Part shown: one piece after another, positions 10,232 through 22,689 of the stretch
Layout of the letters: every line of letters starts with the position of its first letter
Position numbering within the stretch: the stretch's first letter is position 1
Source: Octopus sinensis
Taxonomy: Eukaryota
Reading direction: 5' to 3'
NCBI RefSeq assembly: GCF_006345805.1
Contig: NW_021832844.1
Span: forward strand, 1-64,000
DNA length: 64,000 nucleotides
Translations under genes and position numbers: made by a program
Notes under the pieces: generated by a model
Databases searched by the model: none
The model's input: only the letters and a program-made list of their open reading frames with translations
Told to the model about the DNA's origin: nothing

Positions 10232-12718
10232 CTACACATTGGAGACGGCATTCTTAGTGACACTCTCGAGAAAGCCCTCGAGAGCCACATCATCCGTCAC
10301 ACCAAATACGAGTCCTCACTACTCCTCGAAGGATTCACTTTATTCAGCAGAAATCTCTCCTGTGACCCATCATGCCTCGTCTGTATCAACCGAGCCACTG
10401 GGAATCGACCAACCAATATTTTCTTGGCATCCTCCAAGGGGACAGTGAACAGTTTATCCAGATAGGAATACTCTTGCCTCTTGTGTAGTTGCTGGTCGTA
10501 GTAATAGGCCACAGCACGTCCGAAATATATCAAGACAGAGAAGAATGTGTCCATCAAGAGAACATGATCCTCCTTTATACTCGAGGCGTCCAGTGGGGCA
10601 TTCTGCACACAGAACTCGATTCCATTGTTGGTCACCAAGAAGGAGTATGATTTGAGGACAGGTTGAATCATTATGAGAGAGTTGGTCACATTCTCCGACA
10701 TGAAAATATGTCTGTTGTAGGATGTCTCGTCGGGACTGTTATTACTTGTCCGTGAAAACTGAGACCGACGGAGGTGGAATACAAATTGGGGGACCATTGT
10801 GAAACGGGGGTGGAATCTGTACGACTGAGGACAGTTCGCCTGGTAGTCCCCGAATTGAGCACACTACACTAAACCACCACAACAAACCAATTGAACCAGA
10901 CATTTGTCAAAGTAACGAGCTATTTTGAATGTATAATCACAACTCGCTTGATATAGACCTTTCCTTGTCAGTAAAACAGTCCCAGCAAATTGGTCAAAGT
11001 AGTGGGGAATCAGGTGACTCTCATTGGGGCCAGACCAACTACAACATTCGAGAATAATCCACTACTTTCTAGCCACCGTCGTCACTCGGAGATGTCTTCG
11101 TCCATCAGTATGCTGATAGTTGGTCATAAACTGAAAGTACGCCTGTCCACTGGGAGTGACATTCTTCTTATTCTCATTCCCGAAATAGAAGGCCAGAGTA
11201 GTGCGGGGTGTGAGTGCACATACTTTCCACAAAACAGTGCCTCCACTCCCAATCACAGTGGAGGACACAGTCGAGTCCTTCTGAGAGTGCGACTGGACAT
11301 GTCCGATAGCCCCGTTGATGACCAAATCTCCACTCACCTTCACCTTCACAGCAGCATTGAGTCCCATTTGTAATTGTCCGTGAGAATCCTGCTGGAAAAG
11401 TGCCCGAATATTCTGGACAAACAACTCCGAATCGAACGAATCGGCCAGAATGATATTCCCTCTGGCATTACCCAGCATTATACCCAGTCGAGTCCACACA
11501 CGCCGACATTTCGTGGATGCCCGTCTCCTTGGGAGTGCACGAAAATATATCCACTGCCTGTCCGTTCTGGGATGCCCTCTCTGCCAGCCGAGAATAATGC
11601 TACAACACAACACGACTGCCACCTTCATTGCTGTGCTCATATACTCACAGTTGTCTGTCAATATGTCGTGGTGGGTTCGGATTGGCTTCTTCAAGTCATC
11701 ACTGCACACTTGGCCAGGCCCAGTCGTGCATGGCCCGCCTGTGAAGAGCAGAATTCGCCCTCCCAGGTTAGGAGTCAACACTTCCAGGAGACTTATAGCC
11801 AGGGAGAGTGCTGAGCCTGTTGCTCTCAGTGGGTGTCTTCCTTCCGTCACATTCCACACATCCTGACTCAAATCAGTTATCAAATCTCCCAAATTGGCAT
11901 CACATTCCTCCAAACGTTGCAAAAATCTAAATATTTTAATACTCAAACTTATTTTCAGTCACAGTACAACTCGATCTACTCGAATCGACATTCTCCAGCC
12001 CCAGAAAACTCTACTAAACTGGAATACAGGAATCTGACCTTAAGTTGGTCCTTTGAGTATGTTTTCGACCCTTTGAAGACATAAGCCCGGGCCACATCCT
12101 CACAAAAGAGTTCATGAATGTACACAACACGGGAAAAGGAGATCAGCCCGACATATGCCTGTTGGGGCAGCAGGGCAAGGGTGGTGGAAAGTGTCTCCCT
12201 CAGTGACGACATCTCCACTTCATCAAGACACGTATCCACCACAAATAGAAAGACCGAAGGACGTGGTGGAACTTTCTAGAACATTCGAGAACATAAAGAA
12301 CGAGAATATATTCCACGGAAGGAAGTACAAGTTCAGCAACTTTGTTTTGTTCCGTCATTCCGTGATAGTGCGGAGGCATCTACAACTGGTGGGAAATCCA
12401 ATTACCATGTTTCTTCCGCGACAAAAGCAGCAAATCCAGGCGTGTTCTTGATAGTTGATTTGGCTGGAATATACAAGAATGATACCAGTGGAGGTTAAGG
12501 ATGCCCTCACATTGGTGTGTTGGGCATTTAAGAGGCTCGTAGGGAAGTTGAATTGTTGTCTTTGGGTTGGCAAGGGGAGTGAGTAGGCAGCCCATTGGGA
12601 TGATTGTACGACTGGCCTCTGTTCGGGATGATGGGAGGAGATTCCATGAAAAGCGTACTCCACATGTCTCCTCTGTATCGTTTATAAACTTGTCTAGTGC
12701 TCGGTAATGGTCTTCCAT
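10232..12718 (-). CDS. SEC23: COPII coat protein Sec23, multi-exon
   Basis: GVRFSWNLLPSSR, zinc finger C-C...WICCFC, FVVDTC, GGPCTTGPG, LLNKVNPS, TDDVALEGF. Introns at 12464-12485 (22 nt), 12380-12405 (26 nt) and 12276-12301 (26 nt) restore the frame. Stop TAG at 10232-10234. Confidence 0.97.
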
Positions 12719-12884
12719 TTATAATTAAAATGTCGTTTTTATAAACCACTAAAGATAATACACGACTTGAATATATTTAAATTTTAAATATTATTTTACT
12801 AAAAAAATAATTTATTTTATATTTTAAAATAAGGAATTAATTCACAAAGAAAATGAATTTATTTATCTAAATAACTTATTAACT

Positions 12885-14517
12885 GTGTGTCAAGAGTGGG
12901 CGTCATCTGACCGTGTCGCAGTGCTTCAAATCAAATATGGAAAAAATCTCAACTCAGTGCTCTCCATTATAAATTTATATGACAAATACCGAAGAGCTGG
13001 ACGACCTCTATTCGACCCTCACGAGTGTATACAGCTCGCTTTCCGCTTCTCTCTCATGTTTGTTGGCGGAGACTGGAAGGCTAGGGCTGGAACTGCCAAA
13101 CCTAGGGAAACATGCATTGGAGATTATGGAATAAACCGCCGCAACCTCCTCGGAGAATCCATGATACAATTTTGCTTATGCAATACATGCTTCAAGCACC
13201 CGGCAAGGCATAAAACCACCTGGACTGGGTTTAGAAAAGATAAACTTGGAAATACCATTCCGATTTATAACCAGATAGACTATATTCTTTGCAGGCAGCA
13301 TCAAAAGGCCCTTCTGAAAAACTCGAGGTAATATGGTGGACTTGAAACCAGCAGACTTGTTGTGGCTCAGTTAATGCTGTACAGAATCCATGGAATACGT
13401 GGATAGCCCAAAGGCACTGCCCCAGTACGATACTGAGAGGCTTGGATACAAAGAGTCCACCAAGCTTCAATATTGTACGAACCTGAAAAACAGCATCGAC
13501 TGTATCGACCAAAATCAATCAGCTAACAAGATCTGGGAGGAAACAGTTACCGCAATACGGAATAACGCGGCTGACGTCTTGGGTTCCACACATGGAGCCA
13601 TTAAAAAGTTGAACGCCGGAAGATCCGCAGGGCCAGACAATATCCCGGCAGAACTGATAAAACACACACCAGTGGAGCTAGCTAGCTCTCTTCAGGAAGA
13701 CAATCCGTTGGATCTTGAAAAAGGATGGCTAATACCATTACATAAATCCGGGAAAGCTAAAGGCCTCGTTTGCAACTTTAGACCAATAATTATACTAACT
13801 TCCATACGCAAAACATTATCCCTCATCGCATTACACCGGATAAAAAATAAAGTTAGCAAATTCCTATCCCCTGGCCAAAGTGGTTTTCGTACAGGCATGT
13901 TTACTGCTGATATTGTTTGGGGGCACAGATGGTACTGCGCTCTATGCCGAAAATACAAAAAATCTATCGCAATACAAAAAATCTATCGCATTGATATGTC
14001 TCGGGCGCTTGATTCTATACAAATGGGAAAACTTATCGAAGTTCTGAAGAGTTTTCTTCACCCTGACGACGTTAAAATAATACACCTGCACATGCAGAAC
14101 ACTCATCTCTCTGTCAAACTTAGCAAATGCTGTTCAAACTTTTTTCGGACTTCTCGTGGAGTCTCACAGGGGGATTCGCTATCTCCAATCCTCTTCGTTG
14201 TAAACCTTGAAGCAGCACTAAGAGAGTTCAGAGCTCTCGTTGGAAACAATTATGAGGAGATGATTTATGCAGACGATCTGGACTTTGTTTCCGAGGATAT
14301 TCAAACACTCCAGCACATTCTCAAATGGTTTTTATCCGTAAATTTCGATAAAACGGAATTTACAATGCTCACACGTACTGATCGTAGATCCGACGAATCT
14401 TGGAAAGTAAAAGAAACTGGGCTCGTATCTAGGACACTCAGAAGATGTTACTCGCAGGGAGATCCTTGCTATGAATGCATTAAGGGAATTAAGAAAGACA
14501 GATTGTGCCGAAAATAA
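12885..14517 (+). mobile_element. APE-endonuclease plus reverse transcriptase non-LTR retroelement (RTE-like), degenerate
   Basis: EEP motifs GDWKARAG, CNTCF...TTW, NQIDYIL. RT motifs AGPDNIPAELIK, NFRPI, QSGFR, GVSQGDSLSPILF, YADD. Confidence 0.85.
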
Positions 14518-14524
14518 AGGAGTG

Positions 14525-15851
14525 TTAAATGTCCAAATTGTCAAGCCTGTAGAGTCGAGCAGTGCCGTGTGCATCAGCGAGGGCGAGTAATGGAGAGATG
14601 GGAGAGAAGGCGAGAGTGGTGACGAGTCCGTAGTAGGGTAAATGTTGATAGACAGTGCGAGAGGAAGTATTAATCTAAATGACTATGAATGTAAACCAGT
14701 CTGAGTGAATTGTGTCGGTGTGATGAGAGTATGGCGAGGAGTGAGTGAGTGGGGTGGAAAGTGGTGAGGGTGGGGGAGGTGAGCAAGTGAGTGAACTTGG
14801 CAGTGGGGGATGGATAGGAGTGAGTAATACAATCAGTGGTGTTGTACATGGTGACGACTCCACTCGCACAGCTGGGAATGTAAAGAAAGAATACCCGGAG
14901 GCAATATAGTGAGGGGACACAGCGAGACATGTGCCCCTGACACACCCCACATCGACGAACTTGTGACAACAGGCGTGCATTCGAGTGTCCCACACCCAAA
15001 CAACCCCATCGTCTGCAACCTCAATGCACTACTTAACCCCCATTCATCAATATTTGATTGTTTCCGTAAAAGTGGCTGGCGGAGGTGTGGTTGTTTCGTG
15101 TGTACGTCCGGACCATCTCCCGACTCTGAACATAACACAGCAACCAACATTCGAATCCATCACGTGCACTTGTCCCCGCCTGCTCCCCTGGAAGGCCAAC
15201 AACCTCCCATCCATGCTCTCACAAAATGCCCCCAAAGTGCCACTAATGCCTACACTCCCCACATACACACTACCTCGACCGGGGGGCACTATCGTCGCCT
15301 TTTCTGTCTCCAAGTCGTAGTGAAGGAACGACGTCGACTTGCCTGTCCCCACCACACACCCACTCCCCACGAATTTGGCCATTTTTAGGGCAAAGTGGTC
15401 GACGTCGACGGCCGAAATGGAGTGGCACGTCTCCTCATATCCCACGAATTGCAGTGATTTGTGTCCCACCAGGATTAGTCGACTTTGTCCGTGGAATTGT
15501 AATGAATGGATTGGGGACTAATCACTCATTTCTCCTTCCTACATTCAAGTTGGTCACCACGTCCTCGCATCGGTGGTACTCCACCTCCTCTGACCACACT
15601 TCATTCCCACACGACTGTTGTCCTCCACCCATCCTCTCTGCCCACTCACCCTGCCCGTTCACCTTCACAAACCTGTCTACTCACCACCACACATACTCCT
15701 TCCGCAGGTATTCTCCACTCACTGAGTCCTCCATGTCCGTCCACGCTGCCTTCCTCTTCCCACGCTCACCACCCCTCTCCAATCTAACACTTTCCTTCCT
15801 TCCAAACAGCAGCGATTCCAGTTTACTCTCGCTTAATGTCGACCTCACCAT
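14525..15851 (-). CDS. UTP18: U3 snoRNA-associated WD40 protein UTP18
   Basis: N-terminal LESLLFG...AAWTD. Later FVDVGCVRGTCLAVS...SGVVTMY...TFHPTHSLLAILS...LRL and FSP...LALAD..G.A.LYRL, colinear with the UTP18 C-terminal propeller. 22-nt intron near 14676-14697; stop TAA 14525-14527. Confidence 0.88.
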
Positions 15852-15959
15852 CACCACACGTGATTATTATCTATTTACTTATTTATTTATTTAACCCCCT
15901 CAAATTAAGAGGAATCTCTTAGGGTCAGACCATATTCTGTTTATTGTTTTGAAGAGTTT

Positions 15960-16985
15960 TTTGTTTTGTAGTTGAGTGTATTGGCGAACTGACGCCACTT
16001 TTCATTGTTCCTTTCCTTGAATTTGTTAGATATCTTCTTGTTTAATTCCCTTAGTCGGGTGGCAATATCCGTGGTTCCTGACCGAGACGTGTTTGAGGTT
16101 GTCACGAGTTTTCATTAAATCTGCTATTTCCTTGGAGTAGTTCGGGTTGTATTTCCTTATGTTCCGCATGGGGATGTGTCTTTTCGCTGCTTTCGTGAAA
16201 AGCTTGTTGGATTTATGTATATTTGACAGGCGTTTGTCCCCGGTAATTTCCAAGAAAAGTTTTTCGGTTTCGTTTTTATAAAGGCTTCATTTGGCTCTTT
16301 TGTAGTTTACGAACGTGTTATTGTTCGGAATGTTGATTAGGACATGAGTTTGTATTAGGGTTGGTCTATGATAGTTGATTGATTGTGTTCCATGTGGAAT
16401 TAGGTTTGGAGAGCAGAAGGAGATATCCGGAGAGGTGGTGTTGTGTTTTGATTGGCTGTTGGATGTATTTTGTGGGGTTGTTGAGGATGAATAGATTGTT
16501 TAATTGTTAACATATTAGATTGCCGCGAAAGCTGTTAGGGTTTGATTTGTACCAGAATGTGTTTTGTGCATTCAAGTCACTGACGAGGAGATTATTCATG
16601 TCGTAGAAAGTTTCAAGATGAGGATTGTATGAGCATGGAATAGTAGTTGAGGTGGGGGGATGTAGATGTTGATTATACTGAAATGGTTATTTTTTATTTG
16701 GATGGATTTTAGCTCGGTTTTTTTACCGGCTTTATGTTTGAAATCGTTTGATGTTTCGATATATGAGATATTTTTACTGATGAACGTAATCAGGCCCCCA
16801 TCGGACAAAGGTCTGTCAAGTCGTATAGTCGAATAATCTGGAATTTTTGGCGTTTAATGTTTTTCATTTAATTTGCTTTGTTGAATTAAGGCAATATCGA
16901 TGTTGTTGAGATAATAAAGTGTTTTAGCTCCATGAGTTTGTTTTGGATTCCGTTAATGTTTAATTGGAGAATATTTATCTTATTC
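15960..16985 (-). mobile_element. I/Jockey-group non-LTR retroelement, APE endonuclease region, degenerate
   Basis: LQLNINGIQNK, IINIYIPP, DLNAH, SPDISFCS motifs. About 16150-16400 is repeated at about 23440-23690. Confidence 0.75.
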
Positions 16986-17049
16986 CGACGCTTTGGACTG
17001 TTAATGGTGTGATCCTTTTGGATCTGCCGGCTTTTAGCCTTGGCCGCCT

Positions 17050-20000
17050 GGGACTGTCACCCGGGAAACTATTGTTATTATTTTAGCACATTCCGTAGGG
17101 AGATAAACAGAAAAGTTATATTTTTACACGTGCCACACACGACACGACCTTCTGTACCGACGATTTCCAGTTTCCGCTGTTTTGGGCGAGTATCCGAAGT
17201 TCGTCGAGAGCAGCACAGGTCTTCAGGGTTTTCTTTAAAAGCCTCAAGTCGTCTTGCAGAACAATTGGTAGGGTTGTGTCGTCCTCGGAATTTTACGTCA
17301 TCTGATAGGAAGTATTCTTCCATGGTCACGTAGGGATTCCATGTCAAGACAATTGGAATAAACTCTACATTTGCTTCATCGACAGTTCGTTTGCAAGCAG
17401 ATAGTATTTGTGAAATTTCTCCACTTTAACTTGCTTTAAACGATCTTGTGAGGTAATCCCCACCTCGATTAATTTTATTTCTTTTTCTTCACACACAAAA
17501 ATGTCATTATTGACACAACCAAATGTCCTTTCAATTTCCTGTTTCGCCGAATTCTATACTTTCAACATACAGTCTTCCCTCTATTGCTCGCCATTTTTGG
17601 GACCAAGCCAAAATTGGCGAGTAAGAGAAATAATCAATATCCTATTTTCTATCAACAAAAAATTTCTATAATTTTTAACTATCTAAACATTTAAATAAAT
17701 AGCCGAAACATTTATTAAAAAAACCAAAATTTTAAGTAAAGTAATCATTTATAGTTTTTTTGTATGATCTTTTCTCTATATTTTTTTGCATTTTTAATAA
17801 ACTTTCTAGCATATTCACATCAAAATTATCGTCATGTGAAAAATATTTTTTGAGGTCCGAAATACATTTTATCGCATCTCGATGTGTAATACAGTTGTTT
17901 CTTTCACAATCTTCAGTAATTGAATTACAAAAAAGTGGCGAGTTATAGAAATGGCGAGCAATAGAATTGGCGAGCAATAGAGGGTAAACTGTATGTGAAG
18001 ATGGACATACTTAACCACCTCATTATGCCTTCGGAGATAATCACTGTTTAGCATCCCACCACACCGCGTGGCTAGATGGTTAACAGTCTTCTTGCTTTTT
18101 TGCAATGACGGAGAGTGATCCTGCGTATGTAAAAAACAAATTCTTATCTTGTAAAAAACAGTACAATTCTTCGCACCGTGGACTATTATTCCCTTTCGAT
18201 AGCTATTGCGAAGAAGTAGATTGATTCCTTCATACATTTAAACATCACCGAGTGTTGTGATTTACAGCTGATTCGGCTAAGCAAAAGTTTTCTTTGAGCA
18301 TCCTTCAATGTTCAGATTTTTCTCCGCCGACAGCTGCATATTTGGAGGCAAGAAATTCTGCGATTGTGGGATTTTGAAGTGCCATTTCTCGTTTTAATTA
18401 TTCGGAGAATATCCGACCTCCTCAGACAGATAGTTGACTGTTTTTCCAAACTTTTAAGAAACTGTTGAATTATTAATTCGCTTTAAAAGAAATTGAGGCA
18501 AGTTATTTTCCAAGCGTGTGAAATCCAAACAACCTCTCCTTATTTGCAGACTGGAGATGTAACTTTGTAAGCAATCGGCGTATTTGTTGGTCAATTTCGT
18601 TAAATTCGTACGTTTTGATATTAATTACTCGATATAATAATTATATAGGGATAATGCATATTCATTAATGCCACAAAACAAATCCACAGCATTCAGCTTT
18701 GTTTTTGACAACATAATTATCCTTTTCTTGACATTCTCCAGTATGGAGTCCATAACTTTATTCTTGGGAACATTACTTCCTCTGTCTTCAAGTACACCCA
18801 AGTACCGATATCCCTGATTCCATCCACAGTCTCACAGAATGTCTCGACGAAATCGGCAAGTTTGGCATTAACACATTTTTTACAAGTTTATACAAAGTTG
18901 GTATACACTTTATAGAGCTAAGTCCTTCGGAGTGTCACAATCACGTTTTTTAGTGATAAAGTATGTTACCCCAGTGTAAAACCAGCTATGAGGCATATAC
19001 TCTCCGTTAGTTATTCGAACTATCTCTTTACACAGAAACACGTGCAAAAAGTCCAACTTTTTGATGAAAAAGTTATACGTTCCGTAACATCCACATGCCC
19101 TCCAGTCTGATGCATATTCGAGCATATCCATAATAAAATCACATGTGAATTGAAGTCGCGTGGTTTTACCCTCTCGCCTTCAGTAGACTTCACATCCACA
19201 AAATCATAAACTACGCCCCCATATTTTTCTTGCTCCATACATTTTCCCAAAATGACAAGCACTCCTCATCACCAAACGCATATAGACTGGCCTCATTGGT
19301 CGAAGATAAATTTCGGAAAAGTCTTCTGCTGTTTAATTCAGCTTCGTTCAGGAGATCAGGTCCCGCATGTCTGTTATCACAGGCGACGCCCGCGAATCAA
19401 GATGGTTTTTTGAGCGGATATCCCTTGCGATAGTACGCTCTAATTCTTTCTCGATCGCGTCGGCTTCCCGTCCATGAAGCTTTCGAACACTTGTCCGAAT
19501 TTTTTTTTCGTAATAAACAATCATTTAAAAAAAAATTCAAAACACGCATTGTCTTTCCGGAAATCCTTTTTCGAGGTATGAATTGATATCTGTTTCTTTT
19601 ATTCTGATTAGATCTTTCAATAGGGTCTCAATTCTGATTAGCTCCCCCTCCACTTAGACTGTTTATATCCGTAGCCACAGAGAACATTCATTGCATTTTG
19701 CTTTTCGGCATGAGGAAAAGTTTGTTTGAAAAAAGACAAGTTCAATTTCTGCTTTTAATTTAGAGATGTTTCTTTCCGTGTTTTCCAACCACGTACTCTG
19801 TGATCTGGCACTCGTAGTTAAAGCCAGATAAGCACACTGTGCAGCATATGGGTAATCTGAATAATATCTTTTGTCGGATTATCTTTTGTAATATAATAAA
19901 TTGCAGAGTTTAATCCAGCTAGGATGTCAGATTTGACCATCCTTCGCTTGACCTTTGGAGTTGACTTTCCGAAATCTCTCTAAATAGACTAGTTCCTCAA

Positions 20001-20390
20001 AGCAATTTCTAAAACTGGAGATTTCAACGTCCACGTTTCTGAAACTGCCAGAGTCGTATTTCTTTTCCACATTGTTATTCCGTCTAGCCATGCTCTTCAG
20101 TTGGCATAAAGTGGGGCACCTTCTCATTGGAACTTCAGCAGGACAAGGCCACCTCCTGTCCCGTCTTTGCTTCATGGCAAGGGAAATCTGAAACATCCAT
20201 TCTCCTTCAGAGACACCGTTGACATTTCCAATGATCGCAGAAAGAGAATGCAAGTTAGTTTTAGGAGTATCCCACAGGAGACATTCCTGTTTTCTTTAAA
20301 CTATTTTTATCTGCAGGAAGGCCCATAGGTTTCGTTTTCATTAACTGTTTGGAAAAGTAAATGCACACATCATAACACAAATATATTAAT
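17050..20390 (-). mobile_element. R4/Dong-like RLE non-LTR retroelement, degenerate, interrupted by a pogo MITE
   Basis: HLATRCGGMLNSDYLRRHNEVVKYVHLH resumes across the TA-flanked MITE as IC-KYRIRRNRKLKG, then IEVGITSQDRL...EKFHKY...FIPIVLTW. Homologous to ORF 61273-62283. Outer boundaries approximate. Confidence 0.8.
17570..17991 (-). mobile_element. Internally deleted pogo-like element (MITE), relative of 4690-6573
   Basis: Inverted ends CAGT(CTT/TTA)CCCTCTATTGCTCGCCA, TA at 17568-17569 and 17992-17993. Keeps the pogo C-terminus (...KKTINDYFT, ORF 17732-17977). Confidence 0.85.
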
Positions 20391-21068
20391 TCGACATGAA
20401 ACAATTAATTTTGTCTTATTTTTGTAACATTTAATGTCTAAAAATGGGAGTTGCGAGTTTTAGGAAACAAAATTTTATCTATAAAAGTCCAAATAAATTT
20501 TCTATCTAGCGATTGTTAAAATGTTTGTTCTAGTATTATTGTTTTCAACTTCTGGCATGTTTTGGTATCAGCCCGATGTATTCACAAGTAATTTGTTTAT
20601 AATCAGCTTTTATTAGATTTATTGTATTGGGAGGATGACATAATAATGAATGACCCAAAATGTTTTGATCTTGAAGGTTAAAATTGTCAAATAAAATGTT
20701 AATTTTAGAAGTACGTGAAGAATTATTTAAAGATCTCTACCATCATGTAACAAGATTTTGTGGAGATATAAAATATTATATTCATTACATGGGTTTGAAA
20801 TTTCGAAATATAGTATAGAATATCCACACGCACACTATTTTATAGACAAAGACGGAAACGTTGAAGTTTGTGTCCAACGGAAATATCGTAAACATTTAAC
20901 TGAAGACAGAGTAGTAATGGTTTATATGTTGAGTATATAATTTAAAGGTGAAAAACGGAACTGACTATGGAATAGTGGATACCATAACATTAACCACAAT
21001 AGAAGGAACAGAAGGAACTGATTTTTTTTTCAGATATCATCTAACTGACCAGAAGTTTAAAACACATT

Positions 21069-21560
21069 TTGGTATTTTATACAAGATTAAAAATAGTTTT
21101 TCCGTATCTTCTTGAAGAACTCATTATAGACTACTATCAAAACACTTATCTTAATTTCTTCTTGGAAACAAAAAAAACTGAATTTACGGCGGGTGATATA
21201 TGTATTTATATTGACGACTATTCACTTTGTGAACCAATCATAAATAGTTATAAATTTCTAAATTCATTATTAGACGTTGCTTCTATGGAACTATGGAATC
21301 TAAAAGCAGACGTAATTTATCTTTCTTTAGAATTCAACCTACCTCGTGGACATACGGAATTTTATTTTATGAATAAAACCTTCAAAAGAACTGGCGAATA
21401 TCTTCCTCTTAACGAAGACACCGATACAGAAATATACAGAATCGGAACAGAACTGACGGAATGGAAACAAAAAAATAGTTCACAAATAAGTACGAAACAA
21501 GATTCGATGGAAGTATCACAGGAAAAAAACAAAATAGAAAAAAAATGTTCGTTTAATTAA
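21069..21560 (+). CDS. Orphan open reading frame, possibly the 3' part of a gene starting near 20750
   Basis: About 160 codons open in very AT-rich DNA; no motif recognised. Confidence 0.3.
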   Translation: MVFYTRLKIVFPYLLEELIIDYYQNTYLNFFLETKKTEFTAGDICIYIDDYSLCEPIINSYKFLNSLLDVASMELWNLKADVIYLSLEFNLPRGHTEFYFMNKTFKRTGEYLPLNEDTDTEIYRIGTELTEWKQKNSSQISTKQDSMEVSQEKNKIEKKCSFN

Positions 21561-22689
21561 ATGAAATTGTAGACATATATATATATTCGGTTTCATCAGT
21601 TGTTGCTGCGATTCTTATTATCACTTCCATGATAGGTAATCAAAAATTGTTTAATATAAGTTTTAATACGCTGGATCAAATCAAGAAGATCAGAAAAAAT
21701 TTACGAGAAAATAAATACATACTTAACTGGATTCTCATTTCGTCAAGAAACTAATAAATTAGTTGATGGCTTTACGAGAAGCTGGGCCACCCTGGCGAGT
21801 AGAAAAGTCATTCCCACGGATCATGGCGATCGACAGACGTTCCAAGATGACTCTTATAATTAATTAAGCAAATAGACAAATATAATCGGATTTTAAATTA
21901 ATTATTAATTTGTTTGAATAAGAGTTATTGCAGTCAACCCTCGCAGATTAGCCCTTTTTGATACGTGAAAATTTTATGGCCATATTGAGAAATGACCAAT
22001 CTGGAAAAAATCAATACTCAAAAAAATTAAAATAAACACGTTTAAATTTAATGAGTTTTTAGACTTGGCTGTCCTTTTTTCCCACGCGTACAAACTGAAA
22101 ATTTTACTTTATCCAGAAAAATGATGTTTTTATATTCGATTTCAATTTGTAAGTGGTAGTGTCAGCATTTCGTCCCACTGGTATTTTCGTTACCCCGGGT
22201 ATCATCAAGCAAAAGAAAAAATGCTAGATTTGGCACATCGTGTTATTAAAGAAGCCAACGTTTCCAATATACACACTGAAAATTGGGATGAATGCGACAC
22301 GAAGAAAACCGACAGACCTCTTAGGGTCACACCATAAGTTAAGGAGGGAGTTAATTCTATATGATCTTATAGCGGTGAGGTTTTTGCTATCAAGGACGAC
22401 GTGCGTTACTGTGTGTCGTCAGTCATGCCAGATTGGACAGGACGGATTGACGTCCTTATTAAGTTTGTTTTGATAGTTGAGGAGCAAAGGGTTATGCCCA
22501 CAGCGAAATCTTGCGAGTTTGACCCGATCTTACGGCTGAGATCTTTTTCAGCTGATTTATATTTTTGGGAGGGATTGTTAAGGATATTATTATACAATCA
22601 AAACCACCGTTTAAAACCCAAAATAACTAATCAGGTGATCCCAGCTTCTTTAAGGAGGCTCCTCATTTTTTCCTGACGTTCTCCCCTTG

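Noticed and set aside
10297-10302. SEC23 as a pseudogene because of a frameshift near the C-terminus
   Set aside because: Removing one TG from GGTGTGACG restores LVTDDV. In an otherwise intact essential gene an assembly slip is more likely, which also warns that other frameshifts may be errors.
14525-15851. WIPI/ATG18 identity for the WD40 gene
   Set aside because: LLAF.G..GQV looked WIPI-like, but there is no FRRG motif and both termini align colinearly with UTP18.
14833-15894. Long plus-strand ORFs over UTP18 (and similar antisense ORFs over SEC23, BET, M3, RBBP4, CFAP100)
   Set aside because: They are shadow frames caused by GC-rich codon usage, with no recognisable domains.
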